DNA of 64,000 bases, from NCBI GenBank assembly GCA_965215885.1, contig CBDCEW010000064.1, forward strand, positions 1 through 64,000. Direction: 5' to 3'. This document shows positions 62,038-64,000 of the stretch, one piece after another. The notes beneath the pieces were generated by a model. That model did not search any database. It saw nothing but the letters and a program-made list of their open reading frames with translations, and had not been told where the DNA came from. The stretch comes from Candidatus Moanibacter sp. GTDB taxonomy: Bacteria > Verrucomicrobiota > Verrucomicrobiia > Opitutales > UBA2987. The stretch's first letter is position 1. Each line of letters opens with the position of its first letter. Both the position numbers and the translations under genes were made by a program.

Positions 62038-63013
62038 TTGAACGAAAAACCGAGAGTGTGTATCGCTTTCCCCTTGGAAGAGGATCTCCAAGCCCAGATC
62101 ACCGCTTCTTGCGACATAACCGTTGTCGATTATCTCGCCCCAAAGGAGGAACTGATGGAGGCCGTAAAGGATGTCGAGGGATTCTTTGGCGTTCCATTCG
62201 TGAGGGCTGATTCCGACTTTTTTGACGCCGCTCCAAAACTGCGTGTCTATTCCACCTGCAGCGTAGGATACGACCGAATCGATGTATCTGAAGCCACCCG
62301 TCACGGAGTTCTCATTTGCAACACCCCCGGAGTGTTGACTGACGCCGTGGCCAATCTGACTATCTCCATGATACTCGCACTGACTCGAAACCTGATCGAA
62401 AACGAAGCCTACGCGCGAAGCGGAAGATGGGCCCGCCGTGAAGAACTGCCCGCCCTCGGCATGGATCTGAAGGGTAAGATCCTTGGCGTAGTCGGATTCG
62501 GTCGCATCGGTCAGGAAGTCGTCCGCCGTGCCCAGGCGTTCAGCATGCGCACGCTTTGGTTCGATCTCTTCGATGTTTCACCAAAAAGACGCTCCTGAAA
62601 GTGAATATCGGCCGATGGAAGCTCTGCTCGCCGAATCCGATGTCGTCAGCCTCCATACCAACTTGAGTCCCGACTCGCATCACCTGATCGGTGAGGCCGA
62701 GCTGCAATTAATGAAGCAGAGCGCATTTCTGATCAACACTGCCCGCGGTCCCCTGATCGATCAGGATGCTTTGACGCGAGCACTAGAAACAGGCCGGATT
62801 GCGGGCGCCGCCCTCGACGTCCTCGAAGACGAACCTCCCGGCCCGGAGGATCCGATCCTCCGTCTTCCTAACGCTATCTGCTTCCCTCACATCGGGAGCG
62901 CTACGGTAGAGACCCGCCGCGCCATGCGAGAACTGGCAGTAGAAAATCTCCTCCAAACCCTGGCCGGCAAATGCCCGCCCGCCCCGGTCAATCCGGAGGT
63001 GCTTACCAGCTGA
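62038..63013 (+). CDS. D-glycerate/glyoxylate reductase-like D-2-hydroxyacid dehydrogenase, frameshifted at A5 62583-62587
   Basis: VGYDRID, NTPGVLTDAVA and GVVGFGRIG in ORF 62038; INTARG, AALDV, EP and PHIGSAT in ORF 62528. Removing one A joins the two. Confidence 0.9.
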
Positions 63014-63380
63014 CTCGTTGAATCCCTCTGACTCTGTCGAAATGGGTATCGCGAGAAACTACCTTTAATCCATACTGACGAGCCAGCGATGCTATCCAAA
63101 CGTCGTTGGCCGGAATCGGAGTACCCGCTTCCTTCAATTCAATTCGTATCTTCGCATACGAATCCAGCGTCTCCAGGTCGACATAAAGCACCTCGTGCAG
63201 GTCTATCAGTACTCTGAACCATCGCGTCAATTTTTCCCTGTGACGCGAACCATCGATCCCAAAGCGATATTCCCCCAAGGCAATTATCGGCAAATGGACA
63301 ACCGAGGCTTCTCCAGCAATATCCATGAGTTCTTCATCCCGCTCCGCCAATGCCGCTATTGCTACCGTGTCTAAAATCAT
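63003..63380 (-). CDS. vapC: VapC PIN-domain toxin
   Basis: MILDT, LGEY, IPANDVWIA and SRDTHF. Confidence 0.9.
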   Translation of the reverse strand: MILDTVAIAALAERDEELMDIAGEASVVHLPIIALGEYRFGIDGSRHREKLTRWFRVLIDLHEVLYVDLETLDSYAKIRIELKEAGTPIPANDVWIASLARQYGLKVVSRDTHFDRVRGIQRVSW

Positions 63381-63637
63381 TCCCACATGCTCTCGTCTAC
63401 TTTTCGAAAGTCGGCAGCTTTGACGATCTTACTGACCTCATTCGCGGCTCCCGGAGGCAACTTCGGTAATCGGTCCACCCACGATTTCTGTTTGTCCGAA
63501 CCAGGCGATCTGCTTTCGATGCTTAGCTTGCTCTCAAGCGCTTCAGTTAGATACAACCGCATCGTCTTCTTCTCCAAGGCAGCTTTCGCCTTGGCCCTAC
63601 GATACAAAACGTCAGGAAGATAGATCGTCGTTTTCAT
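63377..63637 (-). CDS. vapB: VapB-type ribbon-helix-helix antitoxin
   Basis: MKTTIYLPDVLYRRAKAKAA; overlaps the vapC start. Confidence 0.85.
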   Translation of the reverse strand: MKTTIYLPDVLYRRAKAKAALEKKTMRLYLTEALESKLSIESRSPGSDKQKSWVDRLPKLPPGAANEVSKIVKAADFRKVDESMWE

Positions 63638-63813
63638 ATATAAGTAAATACAATAAATATAGTAAATATGGCCATATTGTCAATTCAGCAGTCCAGTCCG
63701 AATCAAAAGTTGATACCAGGCCAATTCCTCTTCTATCGCCCGGCCACGCCAGAATTCCCTCTTATCCCGTATGAACCGCCAGGACCGCGAGCAAACCACT
63801 CCAGAATGGGGTT

Positions 63814-64000
63814 CTAGCCCGGACATTTCACACACATCGTAGCGAGAATGCGTAGCTTGCTGCGGATCAAGGCCTTTTCGCAGTCCGGCGGGTGATCCCG
63901 GCGCGCCGGGATTGAAACCCTCTGAGGTCGCCGGGCAAGGAAAGGCTTTGAGGCGCAGTGAGATCCGCAGTCGCAGCAGATGGTTTGTGAAATGTTCGGG
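63814..64000. mobile_element. MITE copy 2, right end at the window edge
   Basis: CTAGCCCGGACATTTCACACAC ... GGTTTGTGAAATGTTCGGG; the internal CTCTGAGGTCGCCGGGCAAGG is shared with copy 1. Confidence 0.85.

Noticed and set aside
1..64000. CRISPR array, tRNA or rRNA
   Set aside because: I saw no regularly spaced identical repeats with unique spacers and no cloverleaf or rRNA signatures; the repeats are dispersed or palindromic.

Overview
A bacterial accessory region; TypA motifs (EKGITIKSKN, PTKAKHLDNMRSSG) look Verrucomicrobiota-like, which is inference only. I found no rRNA, tRNA or CRISPR array. Left part (1-17 kb): a partial transposase at the edge, an IS4-family element inserted in a small palindrome, two Gfo/Idh/MocA oxidoreductases, a DUF6807/PmoA-like protein, a complete Dpp/Opp-type ABC importer, typA and a LamG-like protein. 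Middle part (17-31 kb): a decayed DUF4338/ISAs1 element, an archaeal-type atypical GlyA and three PhyH-family Fe/2OG enzymes, one with an HxG halogenase-like motif. It also holds a tight four-gene operon (HemN-like radical SAM, UbiC-like chorismate lyase, flavin-dependent halogenase-like enzyme, PaaK-like aryl-CoA ligase), which is the best candidate here for an undescribed biosynthetic system. 31-53 kb is a long array of small modifying enzymes (5 SAM methyltransferases, 3 GNATs, 2 HADs, 2 APH-type kinases, a serine hydrolase, a P-loop kinase, adenosine deaminase) with IS remnants. Right part: two type II TA modules, a secreted amidohydrolase convergent with a copper amine oxidase, two more Gfo/Idh/MocA genes, a 2-hydroxyacid dehydrogenase and two CTAG-flanked MITEs. 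Intergenic DNA is full of small repeat families (REPIN-like doublets, RPE-like elements, 6/7/8/9/12-mer periodic half-sites) that are nested in one another, with short palindromes replacing segments of sister copies. Several genes have single-base frameshifts at homopolymers that may be assembly errors.
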